IMG/VR virus record: IMGVR_UViG_3300012012_001194
Span: 37,504-101,503 of that record
From: a virus
DNA: 64,000 nt
Reading direction: 5' to 3' (one strand)
Shown: one piece after another, positions 1 through 8,304 of the stretch
How the letters are laid out: every line of letters starts with the position of its first letter
How positions within the stretch are numbered: position 1 is the first letter of the stretch
The notes under the pieces: model-generated
Told to the model about the DNA's origin: nothing
Databases searched by the model: none
What the model saw: the letters and a program-made list of their open reading frames with translations, nothing else
Program-made: the position numbers and the translations under genes

Positions 1-654
1 TTCTTCACGACCGAATTTCATCAGTTCACGAATAGTGAGGTTGTTGACTAAGCAGGTGCCTACTTCAAGGCGACTGATTGTTCTTGGAAGAATCTTGAAT
101 GCATCTTGCAAGGTGTCACGGGTAATACCACCATAGATGGTTTCCCATTGGACCAAGCCAGACTGGGTAACGGTAGCATCAGCTGCGCTTCCCATAGCTG
201 CATTACAAGCGGAAATAAATTTCCTATCTTCTTCCGCTAACATATCTTTAATGGCATTATCCGAGAGGATTTGCCTGATGTCCATGCGGTAAGTACGAAG
301 TTCATCTACGTCCTTTGTGAATCGTGGGGTCACGATACGGTCAAAGGTTACACGATACTTCTGACCACGAACATAAAGGTTCATAGGAAGAGTATTGAAT
401 GGGATCGAGATTGCTGCTGGAGAATCAGGTTCACGTTCAATAATCTTTACAGGCTTATCAGTGTCGACTTGTTGATCAAGATCGTCATTGCTAACCTGAA
501 CTGGTGGAAGAATTCTTCGGTAGAAGCCTTCTTCACGCATTCTGTACCTGGTGTAATCGACCACTGCATCAAGTGCTCGTTTTTCCATTCCAGGAGTTTC
601 AAGATAGCTGAGGAATGTTTCATTCGTCAGCTTAGTTTCATTATCGTAAGCCAT
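1..654 (-). CDS. Major capsid protein, HK97-like fold (3' end runs off the window)
   Basis: Not in the ORF track. Manual translation from ATG at 654 (RBS AGGAGG) gives MAYDNETKLTNETFLSYLETPGMEKRALDAVVDYTRYRMREEGFYRRILPP...DMLAEEDRKFI. It lies downstream of protease-, scaffold- and decoration-like genes. Confidence 0.72.
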   Translation of the reverse strand, partial: MAYDNETKLTNETFLSYLETPGMEKRALDAVVDYTRYRMREEGFYRRILPPVQVSNDDLDQQVDTDKPVKIIEREPDSPAAISIPFNTLPMNLYVRGQKYRVTFDRIVTPRFTKDVDELRTYRMDIRQILSDNAIKDMLAEEDRKFISACNAAMGSAADATVTQSGLVQWETIYGGITRDTLQDAFKILPRTISRLEVGTCLVNNLTIRELMKFGREE

Positions 655-671
655 GGTAGCTCTCCTCCTGT

Positions 672-1244
672 TTAGTAGGCTGTTTTGCCGGGTTTGTAGG
701 TAGGCCAGAACGCCAATACGTTATTGCGGTCTGACTGGCGTTTACGGACGCCACGGGAAACAACACCTACTACAGCGGTAGGATTAGTACTGCCGCTAAG
801 CGCTGTAGAATCTTCTAAGGTAACAACACTTTGGTTGGTCAAAAGACCACCGTCAGCGCTGCTGTTAGAGCTGCTCTTGCAGCGAAGGAACTCATTAGGA
901 GCATAAGTAAAACCAGAGTCAAACTCAGTGGTTTCTAATTCATAAGCACCTAAGGCTACAAGGCCAGTAACGGTACCTGTAGGCCCGATGGGGTACCAAG
1001 TGGTTCCACCAGAGTTAGAGACGTCGTTATCGTCGCTGTTTTGAAGCAAGAAGATAGGAACCTGTGAACCAGTTGCGCCGAGTTCAAACTCGCCGCTTGC
1101 ATTCAAATGGACACATCGTCCAGCGTACACAGTCGTTACAGTTACATTACTTGACAGCTTGGCTGTGTAGTCCAATGCTGCCATGTGAAACCAACCCTTG
1201 ATCGCATCAAGAGTATGGTCAAACATCTGGCGTGGTGTTGCCAT
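672..1244 (-). CDS. Putative capsid decoration/cement protein
   Basis: 190 aa, rich in G/T/S/V and likely beta-rich, immediately upstream of the MCP; RBS GGAGG. Confidence 0.5.
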   Translation of the reverse strand: MATPRQMFDHTLDAIKGWFHMAALDYTAKLSSNVTVTTVYAGRCVHLNASGEFELGATGSQVPIFLLQNSDDNDVSNSGGTTWYPIGPTGTVTGLVALGAYELETTEFDSGFTYAPNEFLRCKSSSNSSADGGLLTNQSVVTLEDSTALSGSTNPTAVVGVVSRGVRKRQSDRNNVLAFWPTYKPGKTAY

Positions 1245-1301
1245 TATTGAAGACCTCCGTGTCTGTTGGCTACAAATCTAGCGCGGGTTAAACCAAGACA
1301 C

Positions 1302-1688
1302 TTATAAACCTAAGTGCTGGCGGAAACGACGATCGGACTCGCGCTCGGAAGTAGTCCGTCGTCCCACGTATGGATCGTTCATTGAGTCGTAATTGTTAGC
1401 CTGCTTTTCTGGTTTACCCAGTGACTTTGGCTTAACAGTGCGGTTAACATCGGCAGCCTTGATGAGGATTTCTAAAGCCTTGGCATGGTTAGTCAAAGCT
1501 GAAGCGGCCTTTTCACGGTCGGCTGGATCGATTCGTTCAAACTGGATGAGCGCTTCAACCGCTTTTGGAAGCAGGTCGTTGATGCGGGCATCAGCAGCTT
1601 GTTTTTGATTCAACTCTTTTTGAGCAACATCAAGTGCTGCTTCTACACATTGAATGTAATCAATGGTTTTTTCTGCAATGTTAGACAT
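1302..1688 (-). CDS. Hypothetical head-module protein (helical, K-x-A motifs)
   Basis: ORF track 1302..1703; the ATG at 1688 (MSNIAEK) follows GGAGG and is the likelier start. Confidence 0.7.
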   Translation of the reverse strand: MSNIAEKTIDYIQCVEAALDVAQKELNQKQAADARINDLLPKAVEALIQFERIDPADREKAASALTNHAKALEILIKAADVNRTVKPKSLGKPEKQANNYDSMNDPYVGRRTTSERESDRRFRQHLGL

Positions 1689-1705
1689 AAAAATAGCCTC
1701 CAAGT

Positions 1706-2947
1706 TTATCCAACGATGTCACGAACACACAGTTTAATCTGATTGCGCAAGTTTCTCTGTTGAGCGGTCTTAGCTTCGGTGAAGCTAAACTTACCAGCCC
1801 TACGATAAGCCTGAGCATATTTAATCAAGTTCACCAAATCGTTGGTTACTTGTCGTTTAGCGGAAGCCTGTTTGCCACCCATCATGGCAGGATCCATCAT
1901 AGCAGGATCCATCATGGCAGGATCCATAGGAGGAGCGCCGGCGTCTCCGCCACCACCGCCTTGTTGAATCATAGCAAGCAATTCTTCAGGGTTAATGCCT
2001 TGCTCTTGAAGGGCCATAAGCAACTCATGAGCAGCGTCGTCAGGGCTAGCACCAGCTTCTGGAGCGCCCTCGCCTTCGCCAGCCATCTGAGCCATCATTG
2101 AAGGATCTACATCCATTCCGCCTTGATCGCCTTCAGTTTCTTCTTCAGCAGCTGGGTCACCAGCTTCGTCAGAAGGGGCAGCAGCTTCGCCTTCAGCAGC
2201 CTTATAAAAAGCGGCTAAATAGCTTCCTACCATGGCGGCTTTTTCTAGGCCATCAGCGATAGTGGCTTCAATTGATCCAGCTACAGCGTCTTGAGCTAGC
2301 TTAGTCAATTGATATTCTTCTTCAGTCAAAGTAGCGGCAGCGGATCCCGCAGCAGCCATCTTTTTGGCCTTGGATTTTTCTTCTTCTTTTTCTTTATCCA
2401 TAGGCTTAGATGCGTCGCCCTTTGCTTGCATCTTTTTTTGGATAAAAGGGGGCATCGTCTCAGCCGCCTCTTTAATTGAGTAAGCTATGTCTGAAAGAAG
2501 GTCATTAGCTTTCTTCTCAGTAAGGCCCCTAAGTGTCCCGAAAGAAAGGGAGCTGTACTTTTCGCCTTCGCTAGTCTTAGCGGGGTGTGTAGTACCGGGA
2601 TCTTCTTTATCGCTCTTGTAGTTGTCTTCGTTAGCGGGGTCTTCGCCAGTTGAGGTGCTGGTGATGCCTACATTGAGCTGTTGATCTTCTTGTGAAGGAG
2701 AATCATCACTGGCGGAGTCTACTCCACCATTAAAGATGGTCTTCTTAACGTCAGATGTGTTTTCTTGTGAGCGTTGCCCTTCGCTAGCGGGTTGAGTGCC
2801 GTCATCAACGCTTTTGCTGGGGTGACTTGTGGCGCCGCCTTGGCTGCCGGGCTCAGTATTAGCTTCTGCGCGCTTCTTTACAGAAGCTTGTTTCTCGTTT
2901 TCAACTTCTGAGAGAAACTCTCGCAGCTGGTCAAATAGCTGTGGCAT
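1706..2947 (-). CDS. Putative scaffolding protein (acidic, low complexity, MDPAM repeats)
   Basis: 413 aa, acidic/disordered, between the protease-like gene and the MCP; many K-x-A motifs; RBS AAGGAG. Confidence 0.55.
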   Translation of the reverse strand: MPQLFDQLREFLSEVENEKQASVKKRAEANTEPGSQGGATSHPSKSVDDGTQPASEGQRSQENTSDVKKTIFNGGVDSASDDSPSQEDQQLNVGITSTSTGEDPANEDNYKSDKEDPGTTHPAKTSEGEKYSSLSFGTLRGLTEKKANDLLSDIAYSIKEAAETMPPFIQKKMQAKGDASKPMDKEKEEEKSKAKKMAAAGSAAATLTEEEYQLTKLAQDAVAGSIEATIADGLEKAAMVGSYLAAFYKAAEGEAAAPSDEAGDPAAEEETEGDQGGMDVDPSMMAQMAGEGEGAPEAGASPDDAAHELLMALQEQGINPEELLAMIQQGGGGGDAGAPPMDPAMMDPAMMDPAMMGGKQASAKRQVTNDLVNLIKYAQAYRRAGKFSFTEAKTAQQRNLRNQIKLCVRDIVG

Positions 2948-3093
2948 TGTAACTTTACTCCTTTATACGTTCAGCGTGTCGGTTGCAGCTATCCTTAGCT
3001 GACCTTGAGAGTAACTCTCACGCCTTTACTAATTCTGTACAGTACTTCAAAATCACGCAATACCGTATTATGCTTTTTTGTATATTTAATTAC

Positions 3094-4521
3094 TTAAGCC
3101 AATACGTTATAAGCAGCCACCGCTCTACAATAACTAGACACCTGAACTTCATCCTTAGCAGCAGCTTTAATCCATTGAAGCTGGTGCACGGCATAAGCCT
3201 TAGCCAGTTCTTCATACTTTCCGTTATCATTTGCGGTCTTTTCTAGCACCGCAGGGGCTTGTACATTAGCGATAACCAGCCTTCGAACGCCAGCTTCTAA
3301 GTTATTAGGGCTAAGCGAATGAGCCGCTGCCATCTTACAAGATTCTAGGTTTTGCTTTTCGGTAGATGTTGTCTTTTCTGGATCAGAACTCTTGTCCGTC
3401 GCCTTTTCAATAGTGGAGACGTCTCCAATGAGCTTAGTGAATACGCCCGGAAGTTGTTTCTTAACTTCTTTGGCAACTTTATCGTGTCCCTTAGCCGTTA
3501 GCCAGTCTTCAACGGACACTAAAATGCCTTGCTTAGCGCAGGCGGACCATGGGTAGCTGCCATTTGCAGAGCCTTGCTTCCAAAAAGACAAGGGTTTAAC
3601 CCTGTCGTGAATTGCGGCTAGTAGTATCGGGCTGAATTCTTTGGCGGTCTTTTCTAGTTCAGCCATCTTAACGGCGACTTCGACCATTTTGCCGATGTCA
3701 GCAGAGAGGTCACCGCTTAGAACGCCAATCGAAGCACCTACTCCGGCAAGTTCAGCTAATTCTGCGCCACCAGCAACATAAACGCCAGAAGCTGCTTTGT
3801 AATGACCGACTACCCAAGCTATGCGGTCCGCTGGGCGATAAACATCGCTGATATCAAACCAAGTTGGATTAGGGTTGTCTACATGGAGAACATGGCCGTC
3901 TTCGGCTACCTTGGTCAGGTTAGCCTTGCAACCACCATACTTGCACATATCTTCGGTGCAGTACTCATCTCTGTTTCTTGCCTTATTACCACAGCCTGAG
4001 CAGACGTCATGGGCAACCTTGCAAGCCATGCTTACGCCCCAGTTATCATCCCCAGAAGCTATCTTCTGCATTTCTTTATCAGCAACTAGCCCCTTGTTAC
4101 GGGCAGCGGCTTCTTTAGTGGCGTTAAGGGCTACGATAAGTTCAACCCTCTTCATCTTCTCGTTGAACATTGAGGCTTTGACTAAGCCGTAGCTCTGTTG
4201 CGGGTCTTTGTTCTTGTGATTGCGGTACCAGCGGGCATGCTTAATAAATGTATCGTGGTATTTGCGGCAAGTGGCTTCTTTAAAACCATCACCATTACGG
4301 TTAGGGCCGTAAGCTTCCGTAGCTCCGATAGCGATCATATGAATAGGCTGTTCGCCTGGCTTAAATTCGATTCCTTTAAGGAGGTGGGCGGCTTCGTCAC
4401 CCGCCCGCTTTACGAACGAAGATAAGTCAGACCCGACTAAGCCTTTAGAAGATAATTTTATAAGGGAGCTAACTGAGTCCCCAAAGTTCTGAGAGTTTGG
4501 AGCGATAATCTTGATCATCAT
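3094..4521 (-). CDS. Putative prohead maturation protease
   Basis: N.NGD.F motif, YRNHKNKD...SYG.V, VSMACKV..DVCSGCGN with a Cys cluster, FDISDV..PAD; position in the head module. Confidence 0.6.
   Translation of the reverse strand: MMIKIIAPNSQNFGDSVSSLIKLSSKGLVGSDLSSFVKRAGDEAAHLLKGIEFKPGEQPIHMIAIGATEAYGPNRNGDGFKEATCRKYHDTFIKHARWYRNHKNKDPQQSYGLVKASMFNEKMKRVELIVALNATKEAAARNKGLVADKEMQKIASGDDNWGVSMACKVAHDVCSGCGNKARNRDEYCTEDMCKYGGCKANLTKVAEDGHVLHVDNPNPTWFDISDVYRPADRIAWVVGHYKAASGVYVAGGAELAELAGVGASIGVLSGDLSADIGKMVEVAVKMAELEKTAKEFSPILLAAIHDRVKPLSFWKQGSANGSYPWSACAKQGILVSVEDWLTAKGHDKVAKEVKKQLPGVFTKLIGDVSTIEKATDKSSDPEKTTSTEKQNLESCKMAAAHSLSPNNLEAGVRRLVIANVQAPAVLEKTANDNGKYEELAKAYAVHQLQWIKAAAKDEVQVSSYCRAVAAYNVLA
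3414..3427. repeat. Dispersed palindrome copy 1 (TGGAGACGTCTCCA)
   Basis: Inside the protease-like gene, read as IGDVST. Confidence 0.95.
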
Positions 4522-4564
4522 GGCTTATGTACCTTATGAGGTAGTTTGTTGTTTAGCTAATCGG

Positions 4565-5554
4565 TTAAGGTTTAGGCGGAGGTTGCTTTTTAACCCAATC
4601 TGCAATCAGACTATTAGCGTCGCCCACCGTGTTGCTGATAGCCCCGCCAGCGTTTGCGCCGCCAAGGAATCCAAGTATGCCTCCTGAGATGCCCCCAATA
4701 GTTTTAAGACCGCCCCTAGTGAAGCCTAATCCGTAATCTCCAAACAGCCTATCGTTATTATGAGGTACCTTGTTTATAAGGCCGGTATCCTTAGACGCTA
4801 TGTTAGTCCATGCGTTCATGCGCATCAACTCGGACTGAGATTTCTTAGCCGTAGATCTAAAGAGACGCTCTATGTCAGCAGGGACGCCGGGCCCTGTTAC
4901 TCTTGGACCTTTGAAAGCCCCAACCAAATCAAAAGCACCGGGAAGTGCTTTAGAACCAAGGTATCCGCCGCCGACGGCTCCAGTAAAGCCGCCGATGCCG
5001 ATACCTAGCTTGTTATCTTCAAATTCAGGGGAAAAAATAGGGGTTTCTTTAGCATTAGACCCCCCGTATGCCCCGCCTGGGCCTCTTCTAAGCATGTTAA
5101 TAGGATTAATTGACCAAGGCCGAGCCGGGTCGTCAGGGACGGGCTGAGTGCCGTAAGATGTTGGAGGTATTATGTGCTGGCCCTGATCATCGGTCTGTAC
5201 TGCGGCTGCAGCGTCAGGCGTTGAAAGAGCACCGATAGCGGCGCCAGGAACAGCGCCGGCAAGTGCGCCGTATAGGGCGTCACTTAGTTTTAGTTTCCTA
5301 TTCTTTAAGTACCCAACCCCTAAAGAGCCAAGTCCGCCAATACCAGCTCCGGCTGCCCCGCCAATAATCGCTCTTCTTGATTCCTCTGGCAAGTCGGCAA
5401 ATGATTTACGCACGCTATCGTACATCTCGCCAATGCCGGCGGCCTTTACATTATTAGACCTCTTAGCTGCTTGAACCTCGGCGTACTTAGTAGCCAAGAT
5501 CTCGACGGCTTCAGAAGCTGACTTGGTCATTAGAGTATCAATAAACTTAGACAT
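4565..5554 (-). CDS. Glycine-zipper membrane-type virion-associated protein
   Basis: Several GxxxG hydrophobic segments; KSAS/KYA/KAA motifs at the N-terminus. Confidence 0.6.
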   Translation of the reverse strand: MSKFIDTLMTKSASEAVEILATKYAEVQAAKRSNNVKAAGIGEMYDSVRKSFADLPEESRRAIIGGAAGAGIGGLGSLGVGYLKNRKLKLSDALYGALAGAVPGAAIGALSTPDAAAAVQTDDQGQHIIPPTSYGTQPVPDDPARPWSINPINMLRRGPGGAYGGSNAKETPIFSPEFEDNKLGIGIGGFTGAVGGGYLGSKALPGAFDLVGAFKGPRVTGPGVPADIERLFRSTAKKSQSELMRMNAWTNIASKDTGLINKVPHNNDRLFGDYGLGFTRGGLKTIGGISGGILGFLGGANAGGAISNTVGDANSLIADWVKKQPPPKP

Positions 5555-5581
5555 CGTGCGTCTCCGTAATCTAGTTATCTA

Positions 5582-6940
5582 TTATTTCTTATCGTCTTCT
5601 TTTTTCTTGGATCGTGACGACGAGCCTCTAGCCATCACATCTTTTCTTAGGCTAGAGGTGTCTGACCTAGTGTTTTCAATGTCCAGCATCTGCTGCACAT
5701 CTGTAGGATCGATAGCGGCGTTACCACCTTCAAGCCTTTTTCTCAATAACGGCCTCATAATAGAGGTGTTAGTGGAAGAGTCGGGAGCAATGTTACTGAT
5801 CTCATTAAAGTGCATAGCTACGTCTTCTGGATGGTGCGCTCCAATGATGTCGTCATTGGCCATTAAGTCGGAAATGGCGGCGCTAGACCTGATGTTTTTA
5901 AGCATCATGTCTTGAGTAAGCTGGTCATTACGAAAACCGTAATCCTTAATTTCGTTACCAATATCCGACCCGCCAGACCTAGCTGCGTCCCAAGTGGACT
6001 TAGCTCGGCTCGCCAACGTAGCTGCCTGTGGAACAGATACCCCTGCGGCTTTCTTGTCCATACCGTCTAAGACTGAGCCGGTATACTCTACAGGCAATGA
6101 GTCAGAGAAGGCTGAAGAGATGGCTGAGCTAATCACCTTCTTAAGGTAGCCCACAGAAGCCGTTTTATTTAAATGAACTTCGGCTGCTTTAATGCACCCG
6201 TGGATCAAGTTGTAGGGAGCCGCTTTAAGTTCAACAGGGGCTGCAATGTCGGCCACGGTGCCAGCTTGTTTCTTAAAGGATTTGTTTGAGCTTGAGAGGA
6301 TGTTCAGCAAGGCTTCGGCCTTCTTACCGAAGAGCCTAACGCTGTTGTTCTGAACTACGGTAAAGGGCTTACCTCCAAAGGTTCTAAAGTAGCTGGCCAG
6401 CTTATTAATGCCGTCCATCATGCGATCCCTGCTTTGGGAGGAATCCGCACGTAGCTTCTCAGAGTTTCTACCTATCTTTTCGATCAAAGAGCTGATTGCC
6501 CTAGTGTGACCTAAGCCGTCACGCTCTAAGGGACGGTATCCACCCTTATCATCGGCTAACTTAGTAAGTGGCTTTAGTCCGACCTTCTCAGGTTCTGGGG
6601 CCCGGCGATAAGCGTCAGATATCAAAGTGTCACGCAGCAGGCTAGAGGCGGTCTTGACCCTGTCTGGGTAGACCGTGTCAATAACCGTCTTAAGGTCTGC
6701 CAGCTCAAATTCAGCAAGCTTCTCTAGCGGGTCTGCCCCCGATTGCCGCTGGGTCTCACTCCTACCGGTATTGTAGGCTCGAACCATGAGCTCTAGATGG
6801 CCGACGGGTACTCCATTTGAGGACGCTGTTTTTGCCAGCGCCTCATTCGGTGAGCAACCAGAGTTTACAAGCTCGGCTACCTCACTCAAAGAGTCCGTGA
6901 TTTTTGTTTCAGCTTCTTTGCTAAGCCTTGGTGTCGCCAT
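5582..6940 (-). CDS. Hypothetical protein (K-x-A rich, probably virion-associated)
   Basis: 452 aa ORF with repeated KTAS/KLA/KQA motifs. Confidence 0.7.
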   Translation of the reverse strand: MATPRLSKEAETKITDSLSEVAELVNSGCSPNEALAKTASSNGVPVGHLELMVRAYNTGRSETQRQSGADPLEKLAEFELADLKTVIDTVYPDRVKTASSLLRDTLISDAYRRAPEPEKVGLKPLTKLADDKGGYRPLERDGLGHTRAISSLIEKIGRNSEKLRADSSQSRDRMMDGINKLASYFRTFGGKPFTVVQNNSVRLFGKKAEALLNILSSSNKSFKKQAGTVADIAAPVELKAAPYNLIHGCIKAAEVHLNKTASVGYLKKVISSAISSAFSDSLPVEYTGSVLDGMDKKAAGVSVPQAATLASRAKSTWDAARSGGSDIGNEIKDYGFRNDQLTQDMMLKNIRSSAAISDLMANDDIIGAHHPEDVAMHFNEISNIAPDSSTNTSIMRPLLRKRLEGGNAAIDPTDVQQMLDIENTRSDTSSLRKDVMARGSSSRSKKKEDDKK

Positions 6941-7862
6941 CGGCTCTGGCCTCCGGTAATTTAGTTCCTACTAATCTTTCCAATATGGACGTATCGCCGC
7001 CAGCTATCAACATAGCCTCATCAGCCCTAGGCTCCGCTGCATTAATGTCGTCATCAATCCAGCTTAGCTTATTCTTGTTATTAGCGTTTGACCCCGTGGT
7101 AACCACAGTAGACATAGCCCGCATAAAGTAATCAAGCACATTGCCGTCACCAGTGCCAGCAGCGCCTGCGGTACCGGCAGCGAGTTCTTGCTCTTTCTGG
7201 TGCATCTGCAGTAACTGTAGCTGATTCCAGCTGTTTGGAGCAACGATCTTAGAAGAATGAAGATTCTTTCTTAATAAGTTTGAGGTTATCTCGTTGTAAG
7301 CCCACTTATTAACTTCTGGATCTGCTTTATTATAAATTAGCCATTCAAGCTTCTCAGAGCCATAAAGGTAACCGTATAGCTTCCACATAACATCGAGGTC
7401 TCGCTCCGAGGCCCCAAAGAAAGCAGACTTACCAATAGCGAAGTGCATTATCCAAGAGTTGTTCTTAATACGGTCTATAACATTAAAGAATAGGCTCTCG
7501 TACCACTTTATGCATTTTGGAGACAAGTTAGACATCTCAGAGATAGATCCGATATCGCCTTGAGCTAGTATTCTAGCCTCCAGCTCCCAGCGCATGATCT
7601 TAGCTTCTGGCTGTGTATAGATTTCATAGGCATCAGCTAAAGGCTGATTTGAAAGACACTTGGCGTAGTACTCCCAAGGATCTTCAATCTTATTAAGAAG
7701 GCTAGAGAACTTCCAAGCGGCTTGAACATACTTATCGTCCTCAAACCTGTCGGGGTTGCGCTTGCTGTTAAACAAGGCGACAGCCCTTCTCCAGCGCCAG
7801 TCAACGGGTCTAACCGGACTGGCCTTTCTAAAGTTAACATATTCGGAAAGGCTAGCTTCCAT
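6921..7862 (-). CDS. Hypothetical protein
   Basis: ORF track 6921..7901; likely start MEASLSE at 7862, coupled to the upstream stop (TAATG). Confidence 0.7.
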   Translation of the reverse strand: MEASLSEYVNFRKASPVRPVDWRWRRAVALFNSKRNPDRFEDDKYVQAAWKFSSLLNKIEDPWEYYAKCLSNQPLADAYEIYTQPEAKIMRWELEARILAQGDIGSISEMSNLSPKCIKWYESLFFNVIDRIKNNSWIMHFAIGKSAFFGASERDLDVMWKLYGYLYGSEKLEWLIYNKADPEVNKWAYNEITSNLLRKNLHSSKIVAPNSWNQLQLLQMHQKEQELAAGTAGAAGTGDGNVLDYFMRAMSTVVTTGSNANNKNKLSWIDDDINAAEPRADEAMLIAGGDTSILERLVGTKLPEARADGDTKA

Positions 7863-8293
7863 TAACCAACGTCGCTCCAACCAGTGATAGCAATGTCCCA
7901 AGTAGCGGCACCTGTGCCGGAAGGGTGAATTTGCAAATAGATTCTTCGTTGTCGATCGGAAAGAGGGCCGTCGCCGTTCTTGAAAGCCCGGCCGTAATCG
8001 TCACTCATAGTAAGGTACTCACCAGAGGTTCCAGATGCGCTGGGGAATACTCGGTAAAGTTCTTGATCGTCTACATAATCGCCTTCTGGATCCGCTCCCC
8101 CAGAGGAAGAGCCGGCTGCAAACGCCTTTTTAGAATTAAAGACATCAACACTAAAGTTAACAAGAGCGTCGCCGCCAACTTGTTTAATGATGATCTTCTT
8201 AATAAACCCTTCGGAGAAGAACCCAAGCGCAAGCTGGGTAGTTTCGCCGTTGGGGGCGCTGACGCTTCGGTAGTGCTTTTCGTATATACGCAT
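7862..8293 (-). CDS. Hypothetical beta-rich protein
   Basis: 143 aa ORF with RBS GGAG. Confidence 0.7.
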   Translation of the reverse strand: MRIYEKHYRSVSAPNGETTQLALGFFSEGFIKKIIIKQVGGDALVNFSVDVFNSKKAFAAGSSSGGADPEGDYVDDQELYRVFPSASGTSGEYLTMSDDYGRAFKNGDGPLSDRQRRIYLQIHPSGTGAATWDIAITGWSDVG

Positions 8294-8304
8294 TTCTAGC
8301 TCCG

